A DNA stretch of 64,000 nucleotides, from the NCBI RefSeq assembly GCF_053078305.1, contig NZ_CP166879.1; one strand, given 5' to 3'. Every line of letters begins with the position of its first letter. The first letter of the stretch is position 1. Position numbers and translations under genes: made by a program. This document shows positions 1 to 10,695 of this stretch, one piece after another. Below the pieces are notes generated by a model. The model was not told where the DNA came from. It saw nothing but the letters and a program-made list of their open reading frames with translations, and did not search any database.

Positions 1-2525
1 ATCGTGACATGGTTACCCTGGACAGTGCCGCTGTTATCCAGTGAATTTCCATCAAGGGAGAGCGTGCCGACCGAAAGCAGACTGCCCCGGTTGTCAGTGG
101 TGGCTGCTTTCAGCGTGGTGTCACCCTGGCTCATGATATCGCCGGTACTGGTCAACTGACCGGTTGCCGAAGCAGTAAGGTTACCGGTTGCCAGCACGGA
201 ACCACTGTTCGCCCATCTGTCCGCCTGCACGGTGAGATTCTGTCCCTGCGTGGTCCCTGCGGTATTCAGTGTTTTACCCCGGAGGGAGAGGTCGCCCGCC
301 GTCAGCCAGCGTCCGTGACGCCCCTGTGAGAGGGTGTCGCCTGCAAGCGCCAGTGCAGCGGCGCCCTGCAACAGGCCATCGCCATCCAGCGTGGTCGCCC
401 TGACGTTCAGCGTGTCAGCGGTGATTTTACCCGGATTGCTGAGGGAGGCAGTGTTTAACGTTAAATCATTATCACCGGTGATAAGCCCGCTGTTGCGGAT
501 GTCCGGTATATCCAGCGTCAGGTCTGCAGCACTGTACAGCGTGCCGTTCTGCTGATTATCAAGCCTCTGTGTGTTAACGGTGAGTGAGGCCTCCCCCTGC
601 AACAGACCGCTGTTGGTCAGGGTCTGTGACTGTGTATTCAGGGCGGAACCAACAAGTACGCCGCTGCTGGTCAGTTCCGGCGCACTGAGGCTGAGCGACG
701 GGGCACTGCTTTTCCCGCTGTGGGTGAGCTTTTCACTGGCGTTCAGGGTGAGGATGTCTCTGGCAGCCTGTGTTCCGTCAAGCTGTGCGTTCTGCACATC
801 CACGCTGACACTGTTGCCCTGCGTCTGCGCAGTGGCCGTGGTCTTCAGACTGTTGCCTTTTACAGACACCGTGCTGCCCGCACTGGTTTCACCCGCCAGC
901 GTGGAAGACGCGCTGTTCAGCATGAGGTTACCGTCACTGTGCGTGACTGATTTTTCTGTGGTGGTCAGTGTGTCTGCAGAAGCCACAAGTTCCTTTGCCC
1001 CGGAGAGGGTACCGCTGTTGTTTATCTGCGTGGCACTGAGCGTCAGCACGTCATCGCTGACGAGTCTGCCGCGGTTTTCAAGTGTACCGCTGACGGTAAC
1101 GAGGGCTCTGTCTTTTGCTCCGGCATCACCGGACAGTGTGGCATTGCGGGCGCTGATATCGAGTGTGCTACAACTTTTAATACTGCCGGTGCTGGTCAGG
1201 TCAGTGGCGGTGACTTTCAGGCCGTTCCCCTGGACGGCACCGGTATTACTGAATGTCCCGGTTTTCACCGTGGCATCGCGCCCGGCAACCAGTGTCCCGC
1301 CGTTGTTCAGGCTGCCGGAACTGACGGTGAGTGTTTTCCCGGCAACGCTGCGGCCTTTCAGTGTGGTATCATCGGTGGTGGTAAGGGTGACATTTTCAGC
1401 TGCATTCACGTTCCCGGAAGTCTGGTTCAGGTGCTGTGCACTGAGCATGGCGTTCTGTCCGGCAGTCAGTTCACCACCGTTCTGTACAATCTGCCCGGAT
1501 GAAGACAGCACCAGATTTTTATCCGTCACCAGACGGGACTGATTCAGTGTCAGTCCCGTTGTCCCGGTAACGCTGAGATTTCCTCCGGCTTTGTTATCCC
1601 CTGAAAGTGAGACATCCGTTCCGGTTACGGTGGTATTGCCGCCGGCAAGGCTGTTCTTCAGGACCAGTTTTCCGGAACTGCTCAGTATGATATCGCCCTC
1701 GCGGGCATAAAGGTTACCAAGATTAACCCCGACACCACTTTCAGTGGAGGTCAGATGAATACGCCTGGCGTACATTCCACCGAGCGCGCCGGTATCAACA
1801 GCAACTTTCGGCACATCACCTTCGCCCTTCAGGGCACTGACACGACCATCTGCAGTTACCCGGTTAGCGCCTGCAGTGACAGTTAAATCCTTCGCATGAA
1901 GCGCGGCATTCACTTCCGTTGCACGGGCAATAATGGATACGGCATCGCTCCGGGTGCCGTCCAGGCCCGCGCCATTGATGGTGATACTGCCTTCAGTCAC
2001 CTCCAGCGCCTGCAGGCTGCCGTCGGCATTCATCACAGGTTTGCCTGTGGTGAGCGTCGCGTGCGGCGTGTTGATAAAGCCACAGCCGTCACAGGTGATA
2101 CCATACGGGTTGGCAACCATCACATTCGCCGCTTTGCCGGCCACTTCCGTATAGCCCTGCAGCAGTGAACGCTTACCGCCGGTCACTTCGTTGATGATAC
2201 CCTTCGCTTCCCCGCCCGCTTTCAGGTTCGGGTTATTCTGTATCAGTCCACCAAGCTGCGTCGGATTAAGCTTACCGGTGGCATTATTGAGAATCAGCCC
2301 TTCCTTCCCGACGTTGTAATCCGTAAACCGGTTATGCGAAATCCCGGCCCCGTCCGGCGTGGCAATGTTCACGACCGGCACACCATTTGCCGCTTTATCC
2401 ATTCCGGCCCCGTTTTGTGGGGTGATGACGGCCCCCACAGCCGGTAACAACGGCTGCCCGGCGATAATTGTACTGATAAGGTAACTCAGCAGGCGGTAAG
2501 TGAAGCGAACAGGAGGCTGATGCAT
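1..2525 (-). CDS. cdiA: CdiA contact-dependent inhibition exoprotein, N-terminal TPS and filamentous-hemagglutinin repeat region only; C-terminal toxin domain and cdiI lie outside the window
   Basis: Minus-strand translation from ATG at 2525 reads [85 protein letters not shown], a TPS secretion domain, and continues open to position 1. The plus-strand ORFs 334-1542 are antisense frames of it. Lies directly downstream of cdiB. Confidence 0.85.
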   Translation of the reverse strand, partial: MHQPPVRFTYRLLSYLISTIIAGQPLLPAVGAVITPQNGAGMDKAANGVPVVNIATPDGAGISHNRFTDYNVGKEGLILNNATGKLNPTQLGGLIQNNPNLKAGGEAKGIINEVTGGKRSLLQGYTEVAGKAANVMVANPYGITCDGCGFINTPHATLTTGKPVMNADGSLQALEVTEGSITINGAGLDGTRSDAVSIIARATEVNAALHAKDLTVTAGANRVTADGRVSALKGEGDVPKVAVDTGALGGMYARRIHLTSTESGVGVNLGNLYAREGDIILSSSGKLVLKNSLAGGNTTVTGTDVSLSGDNKAGGNLSVTGTTGLTLNQSRLVTDKNLVLSSSGQIVQNGGELTAGQNAMLSAQHLNQTSGNVNAAENVTLTTTDDTTLKGRSVAGKTLTVSSGSLNNGGTLVAGRDATVKTGTFSNTGAVQGNGLKVTATDLTSTGSIKSCSTLDISARNATLSGDAGAKDRALVTVSGTLENRGRLVSDDVLTLSATQINNSGTLSGAKELVASADTLTTTEKSVTHSDGNLMLNSASSTLAGETSAGSTVSVKGNSLKTTATAQTQGNSVSVDVQNAQLDGTQAARDILTLNASEKLTHSGKSSAPSLSLSAPELTSSGVLVGSALNTQSQTLTNSGLLQGEASLTVNTQRLDNQQNGTLYSAADLTLDIPDIRNSGLITGDNDLTLNTASLSNPGKITADTLNVRATTLDGDGLLQGAAALALAGDTLSQGRHGRWLTAGDLSLRGKTLNTAGTTQGQNLTVQADRWANSGSVLATGNLTASATGQLTSTGDIMSQGDTTLKAATTDNRGSLLSVGTLSLDGNSLDNSGTVQGNHVT

Positions 2526-2537
2526 GGTAATAATCCC

Positions 2538-4310
2538 TTAAAACGCGACGGCAACGCGCCAGTAAACCGTGAGATGGTCAGGGGCAAGCCAGTCCGGGTA
2601 AACAAGAGGCAGTCCGGCGGTGAACGAACCGGAAACATGACCACTGGTGGTGCTGAGCCCGGCAGCAGCACCCCACAGCGTGCCGGACGAGTACGGGTCA
2701 TCGCTGTCAGAGTGCAGCCAGCCGCCGTCCAGTGCAGTCACTGCACGGACTGTCCCCACATATGGCAGGGAGAACAGAGACCAGGACAGCTCATTTCGCA
2801 GATAACCGCCGTTATTACCGGAGATATACTGCTCCTTAAAGCCACGCACTGAACTCTCACCCCCGAGGCTCAGTTGTTCCACACCATGAAGACGGTCCGG
2901 TGACCACTGGGCATAAGCGCTGGTCAGCCACCACACCCTGTCCGTGACGGGGCGCTGAAAACTGGCGCTTAATGACCATTTCCGGAACTGATTTACGGGC
3001 AGGTCTCCCCTTTTCCCGTGGTCGCTTTCTGCGCCGAACCAGGGCATCCCCCGTGTGAATACCGGATTCAGTGTTCCGACACCCCCCAGAAACTTGTGTG
3101 TGTGATTCAGCCCGACAGAAAATGAAGTGAGTTTACGGCTGCTGCCCTGAAGCAGAACATCATCCAGATAATTGTGAATAATGCGGTGCTGCAGACCTCC
3201 GGTCAGTGCTGTCTTCATGTCCCCGTTACGGAACAGGACATGCGACAGTCCCAGCCGGTGAGTCTGCAGGTCTCCCGTGGAACGCCACCGCCAGCCCCGG
3301 TTATCAATGGTGCTGAGGTAGTCACTCCATGAATACGTGTAATCCACCAGGGTATAGCCATACGGCAGACTGACACCGGCGGCAAAATTCCTCGCATCAT
3401 GTGACACCGAAAAGTCACTGCTCCGTCCCCCGCTGACAAACCAGTTGTCAGCCAGCCCCAGCGGATTATTAAAGGAAAGGACACCATTTAACTGCCCCGT
3501 ACCGGTATTCTTCTGTCCGCTGTTGTCGATGCCCACGCTCCCTGTGACAGGCCATCCCGGCGATGCCGTCAGTGTCACCACCGACCATCCCTCACGGTCA
3601 CCGGGCGATATTTCAATCTGTACCGGCTCCGTACGCAGACGGTTAATCTGCTCCATCCCCTGCTCAATATCCCGCAGGTTCAGAACCGCCCCCTCCATTC
3701 CCGGGAAAACCATCTTCAGGGTGCGGGCAGGAAGGTCAGCGCCTTCCGCCCGGATTTGCTGCAGCCTGCCTTCCATGACCGTTATGTGCAGTACGCCCCC
3801 TGAAAGGTCCTGCTCTGTCAGAAAGGCCCGGCTGGTGATATATCCCCGACGTATATAGCCGTCCGTCACGGCATCCGTGACCGTGGTCAGCCCCGTGATA
3901 TTCAGACACTGATTCACCCACGGTGCCACCAGTCTGTCGGTTTCTGCAGACGTCAGTCGGGTGGCCCCACTGACAACAATGCGTGACACCGTAAAGCAGG
4001 GACCTTCAGTACCGGCAGACATTTCCGGAGACGGCGTGATGGTCAGCGGCGCACTGCGCTCCAGCGCATCACGCTGACGCTGGTTTTCATCCAGCAACTG
4101 CTGCTGTTGCTGCTGAATTGCACTGCGGTCACCCGGAGACAGCATGGCTGCCGGAGACGAAAATGCGGGGATAAAAAAACCAGAAAAAACGGAGAGGGAG
4201 AGATAGCATATCCACGGAGAACCGCGCCGGAACATATCACAACAGGGGACAGACAACGCACGGGATAAAAGAGACGTTTTCGTCAGAATGTTGTTCTGCC
4301 GGCGCTGCAT
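2538..4310 (-). CDS. cdiB: CdiB, TpsB/ShlB/FhaC-family outer-membrane two-partner secretion transporter
   Basis: 590-aa ORF with POTRA and beta-barrel TpsB character, 12 bp upstream of the cdiA start on the same strand. Real start may be an internal Met (MFRRGSPWICYLSLSVFSGFFIPAFSSPAA signal-like segment). Confidence 0.85.
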   Translation of the reverse strand: MQRRQNNILTKTSLLSRALSVPCCDMFRRGSPWICYLSLSVFSGFFIPAFSSPAAMLSPGDRSAIQQQQQQLLDENQRQRDALERSAPLTITPSPEMSAGTEGPCFTVSRIVVSGATRLTSAETDRLVAPWVNQCLNITGLTTVTDAVTDGYIRRGYITSRAFLTEQDLSGGVLHITVMEGRLQQIRAEGADLPARTLKMVFPGMEGAVLNLRDIEQGMEQINRLRTEPVQIEISPGDREGWSVVTLTASPGWPVTGSVGIDNSGQKNTGTGQLNGVLSFNNPLGLADNWFVSGGRSSDFSVSHDARNFAAGVSLPYGYTLVDYTYSWSDYLSTIDNRGWRWRSTGDLQTHRLGLSHVLFRNGDMKTALTGGLQHRIIHNYLDDVLLQGSSRKLTSFSVGLNHTHKFLGGVGTLNPVFTRGMPWFGAESDHGKRGDLPVNQFRKWSLSASFQRPVTDRVWWLTSAYAQWSPDRLHGVEQLSLGGESSVRGFKEQYISGNNGGYLRNELSWSLFSLPYVGTVRAVTALDGGWLHSDSDDPYSSGTLWGAAAGLSTTSGHVSGSFTAGLPLVYPDWLAPDHLTVYWRVAVAF

Positions 4311-4825
4311 GTTCTCCCCGTATTCTGGCCTGTGTGATGCCAGTGTAAATTCATGTCAGAAAGTGTCAGCGAGAAAATTTACACCTGAAAAAGTCTGTCA
4401 TGAAACAGTTTTATGACAAGACATCAAAAAAATGTCAAAAACGTGATCTTTCTTCAGCTTTTCAGAATATTGAGTACCAGGAGTTCAATATCAATTCTGG
4501 GACACATATGCATTTACCATTAAAACCGGGCACAACAAGCTGTTCAGTCTCAATCCATACCCCGTGTTTTATCAATATCAGAATAAGAATATCTGCGGAT
4601 AAATAAAAAAGGAATGTCGAGGGAGCTTACCGCAGAGGGCTCTCCACCTCACAAGCCATTTACAAAAATGATACCGGCATATCTTTGGTCCCTGTCACAA
4701 CCAGACATTGACAATCCAATATAACCCCAAATATATTTCGGGTAAGAAGTCTGGGATTTATACAGATATACTGTCTGTTATTACTATTTAATTATATAAT
4801 TGTATTACATACATAAGAGGCACTA

Positions 4826-5215
4826 ATGAAACGTTATATAAAATGGTTTGCCATCACAATTTTTATCAGTATGTTGAGTGCCTGTGCCCGTACGGCCCCA
4901 GTGCAACAGATAAGCACCACTGTCAGTGTGGGTCATACTCAGGAGCAGGTTAAAAATGCCATTTTGAAAGCAGGTGCGCAGCGCAAGTGGATTATGACGC
5001 AAGTGTCCCCTGGAGTTATTAAAGCTCGCTATCAAACACGAAATCACGTTGCAGAGGTTCGTATTACATATACAGCTACCTACTATAACATCAAATATGA
5101 CAGTAGCCTGAATCTGCAGGCTTCTGATGGAAAAATTCATAAAAACTATAACCGCTGGGTGCGTAACCTGGATAAAGATATACAGGTTAACTTATCTACA
5201 GGAGCAACGTTATAG
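4826..5215 (+). CDS. small lipoprotein, function unknown
   Basis: 129 aa; signal peptide with lipobox (ISMLSAC); AT-rich upstream region. Confidence 0.5.
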   Translation: MKRYIKWFAITIFISMLSACARTAPVQQISTTVSVGHTQEQVKNAILKAGAQRKWIMTQVSPGVIKARYQTRNHVAEVRITYTATYYNIKYDSSLNLQASDGKIHKNYNRWVRNLDKDIQVNLSTGATL

Positions 5216-5279
5216 TGATGCTGATATCGGGCTGGAATGGCCCGATAGTATTTAACTTTCTCTATAAGAATGGTTATAT

Positions 5280-6338
5280 ATGTACGAACAGGACACGCTC
5301 AGCGCACTGGATGCCATCACCGAAGCACAGCGGATTGCCTTTGCTCCTATGCTTTTCCAGGCAGCTTTGTGCCTGCGCAATGCAGGAATATTAGATTATT
5401 TGGATCAACAGGGTAAACAGGGAGCTCCCCTTAATGCGATTACTGAGCACACAGTCCTGAATGAATATGCCGTGGGTGTGTTACTGGATATGGGCTTAAG
5501 CGGGCGAATTATTACCTGTAAAGAGGGAATTTATTACCTGGCGAAAATCGGTCATTACCTCCTGCATGACACTATGACTCGCGTGAATATGGATTTCACC
5601 CAGGATGTCTGTTACCAGGGGCTCTTCTTCCTTGCCGATTCACTCAATGAAGGAAAACCTTCCGGGTTAAAAGTATTTGGCGACTGGCCGACGATATATC
5701 CGGCACTTTCGCAATTACCAGACGCCGCACGTGATAGCTGGTTTGCGTTTGATCATTACTATTCAGATGGCGCATTTAACGCCGCACTGCCTTATGTATT
5801 CGCCAACAACCCCACAACCTTGTACGATGTGGGTGGCAATACGGGTAAGTGGGCTTTGCGCTGCTGCAAATTCAATGAAAACATCGCCGTTACGTTATTA
5901 GATCTGCCACAACAAATCGTACTGGCGAAAGAAAATATCGCGAATGCAGGTTTTTCTGATCGCATAGATTTCCATGCGGTGGATATGCTAAGCGATGCCC
6001 CATTACCAGGCGAGGCTGATATCTGGTGGATGAGCCAATTTTTAGACTGTTTTTCACCCGAACAAATAATTAGCATACTCAGCAAAATTGCCAGCGTAAT
6101 GAAGCCTGGCGCAAAACTTTGCATCATGGAGTTGTTCTGGGATGCACAGCGGTTTGAAGCGACATCGTTTAGCCTGAATGCATCCTCACTTTATTTTACC
6201 TGCATGGCAAACGGTAACAGCCGTTTCTATAGTGCAGAGAAATTTTACGACTATCTGAATAAAGCAGGATTCCAGGTAGCAGAGCGTCACGATAATTTAG
6301 GCGTTGGGCATACACTTTTGATATGCCAAAAGAAATAA
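5280..6338 (+). CDS. SAM-dependent methyltransferase (APE-cluster type)
   Basis: 352 aa; class I methyltransferase fold motif (LYDVGGNTGKWAL); first gene of a co-directional compact cluster. Confidence 0.75.
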   Translation: MYEQDTLSALDAITEAQRIAFAPMLFQAALCLRNAGILDYLDQQGKQGAPLNAITEHTVLNEYAVGVLLDMGLSGRIITCKEGIYYLAKIGHYLLHDTMTRVNMDFTQDVCYQGLFFLADSLNEGKPSGLKVFGDWPTIYPALSQLPDAARDSWFAFDHYYSDGAFNAALPYVFANNPTTLYDVGGNTGKWALRCCKFNENIAVTLLDLPQQIVLAKENIANAGFSDRIDFHAVDMLSDAPLPGEADIWWMSQFLDCFSPEQIISILSKIASVMKPGAKLCIMELFWDAQRFEATSFSLNASSLYFTCMANGNSRFYSAEKFYDYLNKAGFQVAERHDNLGVGHTLLICQKK

Positions 6339-6378
6339 TCGTCACTTAATAATTTTGGTTTACCGCGGGCGCGCGTTG

Positions 6379-7101
6379 ATGAAATTTGCATTAAATATTA
6401 CCAACTGGCAGGCACTGGCGCCTGGACTTAGCGATGTGCAGCAATGGCAAGCATGGTCGCGCCAGCCGTGGGCGATTGACCCTGCCGCGCCGTTGGCAAA
6501 ATTAAGTGAACTGCCAATGATGACCGCCCGTCGTCTCAGTTCAGGCAGCAAACTGGCTGTTGAATGCGGTCTGACAATGCTACGCCGCCATCAGCCAGAC
6601 GCTGTTTTGTATACCAGTCGTCATGGCGAACTGGAGCGCAATTACCGCATTGTTCATGCACTGGCAACCGAACAGGCGCTTTCTCCGACGGACTTCGCGC
6701 TTTCCGTACACAACTCTTCCGTGGGTAACCTGACCATTGTGGCCAAACAGCCGATCGTTTCGTCATCGCTTTCGGCTGGTCGCGACAGTTTCCAGCAAGG
6801 TTTGTGTGAAGTGCTTAGCCTGCTACAGGCGGGATACCAGCGCGTGTTGATGGTCGATTTTGATGGCTTTCTGCCTGAGTTCTATCATCCACAACTGCCC
6901 GCAGAAATGCCGACCTGGCCGTACGCCGTCGCGCTGGTGATTGAAGCTGGCGATGAGTGGCAATGTGAAACGCAGTCAGCCATTGCGGGTAATGAAACAA
7001 CACTGCCGCAAAGCATGTTGTTTTTACAGCACTATTTACAAAATGCGGACACATTTTCACTGCCTGGCGAGCGCGTACAGTGGCGCTGGAGCCGTGGATG
7101 A
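6379..7101 (+). CDS. beta-ketoacyl synthase-like chain-length-factor subunit
   Basis: About 240 aa; KS N-terminal-like domain without the full active-site set; stop overlaps the next start (ATGA). Confidence 0.65.
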   Translation: MKFALNITNWQALAPGLSDVQQWQAWSRQPWAIDPAAPLAKLSELPMMTARRLSSGSKLAVECGLTMLRRHQPDAVLYTSRHGELERNYRIVHALATEQALSPTDFALSVHNSSVGNLTIVAKQPIVSSSLSAGRDSFQQGLCEVLSLLQAGYQRVLMVDFDGFLPEFYHPQLPAEMPTWPYAVALVIEAGDEWQCETQSAIAGNETTLPQSMLFLQHYLQNADTFSLPGERVQWRWSRG

Positions 7102-7919
7102 GTAAGCTGATGTCACGTCTGGAGTGGACCTGGCGACTGGTCATGACCGGGTTATGTTTTGTCCTGTTTGGTCTCGGCGGCCTGCTGCTTTCAGTCGTGT
7201 GGTTTAACATATTGTTAGTTTTGGTGTGGGATACTTCCCGCCGCCGTCGTTTGGCACGTCGCAGCATTGCCGCCAGTTTTCGCCTGTTTTTAACTGTCGC
7301 GAAAGGGCTTGGCGTGCTGGATTATCGTATTGATGGCGCTGAAATTTTACGTCAGGAACGCGGTTGCCTCGTCGTAGCCAATCATCCCACGCTGATCGAT
7401 TACGTGCTGCTGGCATCAGTCATGCCAGAAACTGACTGCCTGGTGAAAAGCGCGCTGTTAAAAAATCCTTTTCTTGGCGGCGTCGTGCAAGCGGCAGATT
7501 ATTTAATCAACAGCGAAGCTGAAACCCTGTTACCCCGCTGCCAACAGCGACTGGCACAGGGTGACACTATCCTGATTTTCCCCGAAGGCACACGAACGAA
7601 GCCCGGTGAAAAAATGACGCTGCAGCGCGGTGCAGCGAATATTGCCGTGCGCTGCACCAGCGATTTACGCATCGTGACGATCGGCTGTAGCGAGCATCTG
7701 CTGGATAAACAAAGTAAGTGGTATGACGTCCCGCCTGCCAGGCCGTTTTTTACGGTTGAAGTCCATGGGCGGGTAGAAATCAATAAATTTTACGATGCAA
7801 CTTCACAAGAGCCGACGCTGGCTGCAAGACAGTTAAACCGGCATCTTTTGCTTCAATTACAGCAAGGTTGTTTACCTCTCTCAGGAATAAATAATGCAAG
7901 CGCTTTATCTGGAAATTAA
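7098..7919 (+). CDS. lysophospholipid / 1-acyl-glycerol-3-phosphate acyltransferase family protein
   Basis: N-terminal TM segment, HX4D-type motif (ANHPTLIDYVLL) and FPEGTR motif. Confidence 0.75.
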   Translation: MSKLMSRLEWTWRLVMTGLCFVLFGLGGLLLSVVWFNILLVLVWDTSRRRRLARRSIAASFRLFLTVAKGLGVLDYRIDGAEILRQERGCLVVANHPTLIDYVLLASVMPETDCLVKSALLKNPFLGGVVQAADYLINSEAETLLPRCQQRLAQGDTILIFPEGTRTKPGEKMTLQRGAANIAVRCTSDLRIVTIGCSEHLLDKQSKWYDVPPARPFFTVEVHGRVEINKFYDATSQEPTLAARQLNRHLLLQLQQGCLPLSGINNASALSGN

Positions 7920-8151
7920 AAACCTCATCATCAGCACCCTCAATCTGGACGACTTGACTCCTGATGATATTGATATCAATGCGCCACTGTTTGGCGACGG
8001 TTTAGGGCTGGACTCTATCGATGCACTGGAACTGGGACTGGCAGTAAAAAATGAGTACGGCATCGTGCTCTCTGCGGAAAGCGAAGAAATGCGTCAGCAC
8101 TTTTTCTCCGTCGCCACTCTGGCCTCTTTCATTGCTGCGCAACGTGCCTGA
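7894..8151 (+). CDS. acyl carrier protein
   Basis: 85 aa; phosphopantetheine attachment motif LGLDSIDALEL. Confidence 0.8.
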   Translation: MQALYLEIKNLIISTLNLDDLTPDDIDINAPLFGDGLGLDSIDALELGLAVKNEYGIVLSAESEEMRQHFFSVATLASFIAAQRA

Positions 8152-8162
8152 GGAAAACCATC

Positions 8163-8414
8163 ATGACAGACCAACAAACCATTTATCAGGAAGTCTCAGC
8201 CCTGCTGGTTAAGCTGTTTGAAATCGATCCGCAGGACATCAAACCTGAAGCGCGACTGTACGAAGATCTGGAACTGGACAGCATCGACGCCGTTGACATG
8301 ATTGTGCACCTGCAAAAGAAAACCGGTAAGAAAATCAAGCCGGAAGAGTTTAAAGCAGTGCGTACAGTCCAGGATGTTGTCGAGGCTGTAGAACGCCTGC
8401 TACAAGAAGGCTAA
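8163..8414 (+). CDS. acyl carrier protein (second copy)
   Basis: 83 aa; LELDSIDAVDM serine motif. Confidence 0.8.
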   Translation: MTDQQTIYQEVSALLVKLFEIDPQDIKPEARLYEDLELDSIDAVDMIVHLQKKTGKKIKPEEFKAVRTVQDVVEAVERLLQEG

Positions 8415-8415
8415 T

Positions 8416-9000
8416 TTGATGTCGGGCATTCGCTCGCTACCAATGATTAAGTTGCTGACCGGATTATTGCTGCTCGCCTGGCCTTTTTTAATCTGGCTAG
8501 GTTTGGTGCATAACAGCCTGCACTGGCTGTTGCCGCTGATGGCGCTGCTGCTTTTATTGCGCCTGCGCCAGCCCCGTCGCCAGACGGGGCCGCTCCAGGT
8601 CGTCACAAAAATCGTTGCTGTTGTGGGCATTGTATTGTGTGTCTCCAGTTTTCTGTTGAAAACGCACCAGTTACTGCTGTTTTACCCGGTAGTGGTTAAC
8701 GCAGTCATGCTGGCGGTTTTTGGCGGTTCGCTGCGGTCGACAATGCCGATAGTTGAGCGGCTGGCACGTTTGCAGGAGCCAGACCTCCCGGAAAAGGCCG
8801 TGCGATATACCCGCCGCGTAACGCAGGTCTGGTGCCTGTTTTTTATTTTCAATGGCAGTATTGCGTTATTTACCACCTTGTATGGCAACATGCCCTTGTG
8901 GACAGCCTGGAACGGTATCATTGCTTACCTTCTGATAGGTTTCCTGACTGCAGGGGAATGGCTGATACGTTGTCAGATGATCAAACGGAAAACACCATGA
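8416..9000 (+). CDS. integral membrane protein of the APE cluster
   Basis: 194 aa, several hydrophobic helices; stop overlaps the start of the next gene. Confidence 0.5.
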   Translation: MMSGIRSLPMIKLLTGLLLLAWPFLIWLGLVHNSLHWLLPLMALLLLLRLRQPRRQTGPLQVVTKIVAVVGIVLCVSSFLLKTHQLLLFYPVVVNAVMLAVFGGSLRSTMPIVERLARLQEPDLPEKAVRYTRRVTQVWCLFFIFNGSIALFTTLYGNMPLWTAWNGIIAYLLIGFLTAGEWLIRCQMIKRKTP

Positions 9001-10355
9001 ATCAGACTCTCTCACTTTCACAGTGGTTGACAGCCTCTCGCCCTGTAACAACTCCTGTTGCCTGGCTTGGGGAATATACCTGGACACTGGGGCATCTGCG
9101 GCATGATGTAGCGCTTTTGATCGACCATTTACGCGACCAGCCAGGCAATCGCTGGGCACTTTGTTTTGAAAACAGCTATCTTTTTATTGTAGCGTTGTTG
9201 GCCACGCTACACTCAGGTAAAATCCCGGTAATCCCGGGCCATAATCGCGCCGCTTTGTTAAATGTACAACGCTCCTTGTTTGATTGCGTCCTGAGTGATA
9301 AAAGGCTGGGCTGGAACGGTCCACAGTTTGTTGTAAGCACATCTCACCAGATGACGACCAGCACGATAGCCTTTGATGATATTGCTTCTGATGCGTTTAT
9401 TGAACTTTTCACATCGGGTTCAACCGGACAACCAAAACAAATTGCAAAACCTGTTATCAGCCTTGATCAAGAAGCAAACATGCTGGCAACTCACTTTGCA
9501 GACCGACTACTGGGCTGTCGTTTTGTAGCATCCGTGATGCCTCAGCACCTGTATGGGCTGACTTTCCGTATTTTTTTACCCATGGCACTTGGCCTGCCAT
9601 TGCATGCCGCAATGCTCTGGTATTCTGAGCAACTTGCCGCATTAAGCCATACCTACCGCTATGCCTTTGTCAGCAGCCCGGCGTTCCTTAAGCGACTCGA
9701 CCTTCATCTGACGCCTCCCCCAGTGGAAATGATTCTCTCTGCCGGCGGTATGCTACCATGGCAGGATGTAGAGAAAACTTCCACCTGGCTGAATATATGG
9801 CCCGATGAAATCTATGGTAGTACCGAAACAGGTATTCTCGCATGGCGTTACCGTCAACAGGATAATATCCCCTGGTTTACTTTTTCTGATGTTCATCTTT
9901 CACAGGAAAGTGAGGGGGTTCGTGTCTTTTCGCCACTAATCCCTGCTGAAGGATTGGTGCTTGACGATATGTTGCAATTCAATGAAAACGGTCAGTTCCA
10001 CCTGATCGGACGACGTGGTCGAGTGGTAAAAATAGAGGAGAAGCGGATATCACTGGTTGAAATCGAACAACGACTTCTGGCACTTGACGGTATTATGGAT
10101 GTCGCTGCAATACCATTAATACGCAATGGCCGCCAGGCTATCGGTGTCGTGGTTGTACCAAATAAAGAGGCCCGTCAAATATGGCAATGCTCCGGAGGGA
10201 AAACTCTGGAGTTGTCCTGGCGCAAAGCACTATTACCATGGCTTGAACCTGTTGCAGTACCTCGTTACTGGCGCATTATTGATGAAATACCAGTAAACAA
10301 TATGAATAAGCGTGTCTATGCGCAATTACAGGAGTTATTTCATGATACGCCATGA
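8997..10355 (+). CDS. AMP-dependent synthetase/ligase (acyl-ACP/CoA synthetase-like)
   Basis: Adenylation-domain motifs (FTSGSTGQPK; YGSTETG). Start taken at ATG 8997 (MNQTLSL); the ORF-track start at 8832 overlaps the upstream gene. Confidence 0.8.
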   Translation: MNQTLSLSQWLTASRPVTTPVAWLGEYTWTLGHLRHDVALLIDHLRDQPGNRWALCFENSYLFIVALLATLHSGKIPVIPGHNRAALLNVQRSLFDCVLSDKRLGWNGPQFVVSTSHQMTTSTIAFDDIASDAFIELFTSGSTGQPKQIAKPVISLDQEANMLATHFADRLLGCRFVASVMPQHLYGLTFRIFLPMALGLPLHAAMLWYSEQLAALSHTYRYAFVSSPAFLKRLDLHLTPPPVEMILSAGGMLPWQDVEKTSTWLNIWPDEIYGSTETGILAWRYRQQDNIPWFTFSDVHLSQESEGVRVFSPLIPAEGLVLDDMLQFNENGQFHLIGRRGRVVKIEEKRISLVEIEQRLLALDGIMDVAAIPLIRNGRQAIGVVVVPNKEARQIWQCSGGKTLELSWRKALLPWLEPVAVPRYWRIIDEIPVNNMNKRVYAQLQELFHDTP

Positions 10356-10695
10356 AATTGAGCGCCATCTGGTTCAACCGCAGGAGATGGAAATCGTTCT
10401 ATACCTTGACCCGATGCTCTACTGGTTTAATGGTCATTTTGCCGTACAGCCTCTGTTACCAGGCGTGGCCCAATTGGACTGGGTAATGCATTATGCTACC
10501 ACGCTGCTTGCTCCGGGCTGGCGTTTTCGTAGTATCCAGAATGTTAAATTTCTGGCGCCACTTATACCTGAGACGACTGTTACCCTGCAATTAACATGGC
10601 AGGAAACAAGTCAGGTACTCACTTTCTGCTATCAGCGTCACGACGGTGACGCCCGCCACACCGCCAGTAGCGGGAAGATCCGCCTATGTCGGTAA
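10342..10695 (+). CDS. hotdog-fold dehydratase (FabA/FabZ-like)
   Basis: About 117 aa from ATG 10342 (MIRHEIERH); small hotdog-like protein; overlaps the previous stop. Confidence 0.6.
   Translation: MIRHEIERHLVQPQEMEIVLYLDPMLYWFNGHFAVQPLLPGVAQLDWVMHYATTLLAPGWRFRSIQNVKFLAPLIPETTVTLQLTWQETSQVLTFCYQRHDGDARHTASSGKIRLCR

Noticed and set aside
334-1542. Plus-strand ORFs of 73, 323 and 76 aa at the left edge
   Set aside because: Alternative-frame artefacts inside the minus-strand cdiA gene, which has the recognisable TPS-domain translation.
2520-4261. Plus- and minus-strand small ORFs overlapping cdiB (e.g. 2520-2852, 3445-3858, 3215-3487)
   Set aside because: Nested in or antisense to the 590-aa cdiB ORF; no independent coding evidence.
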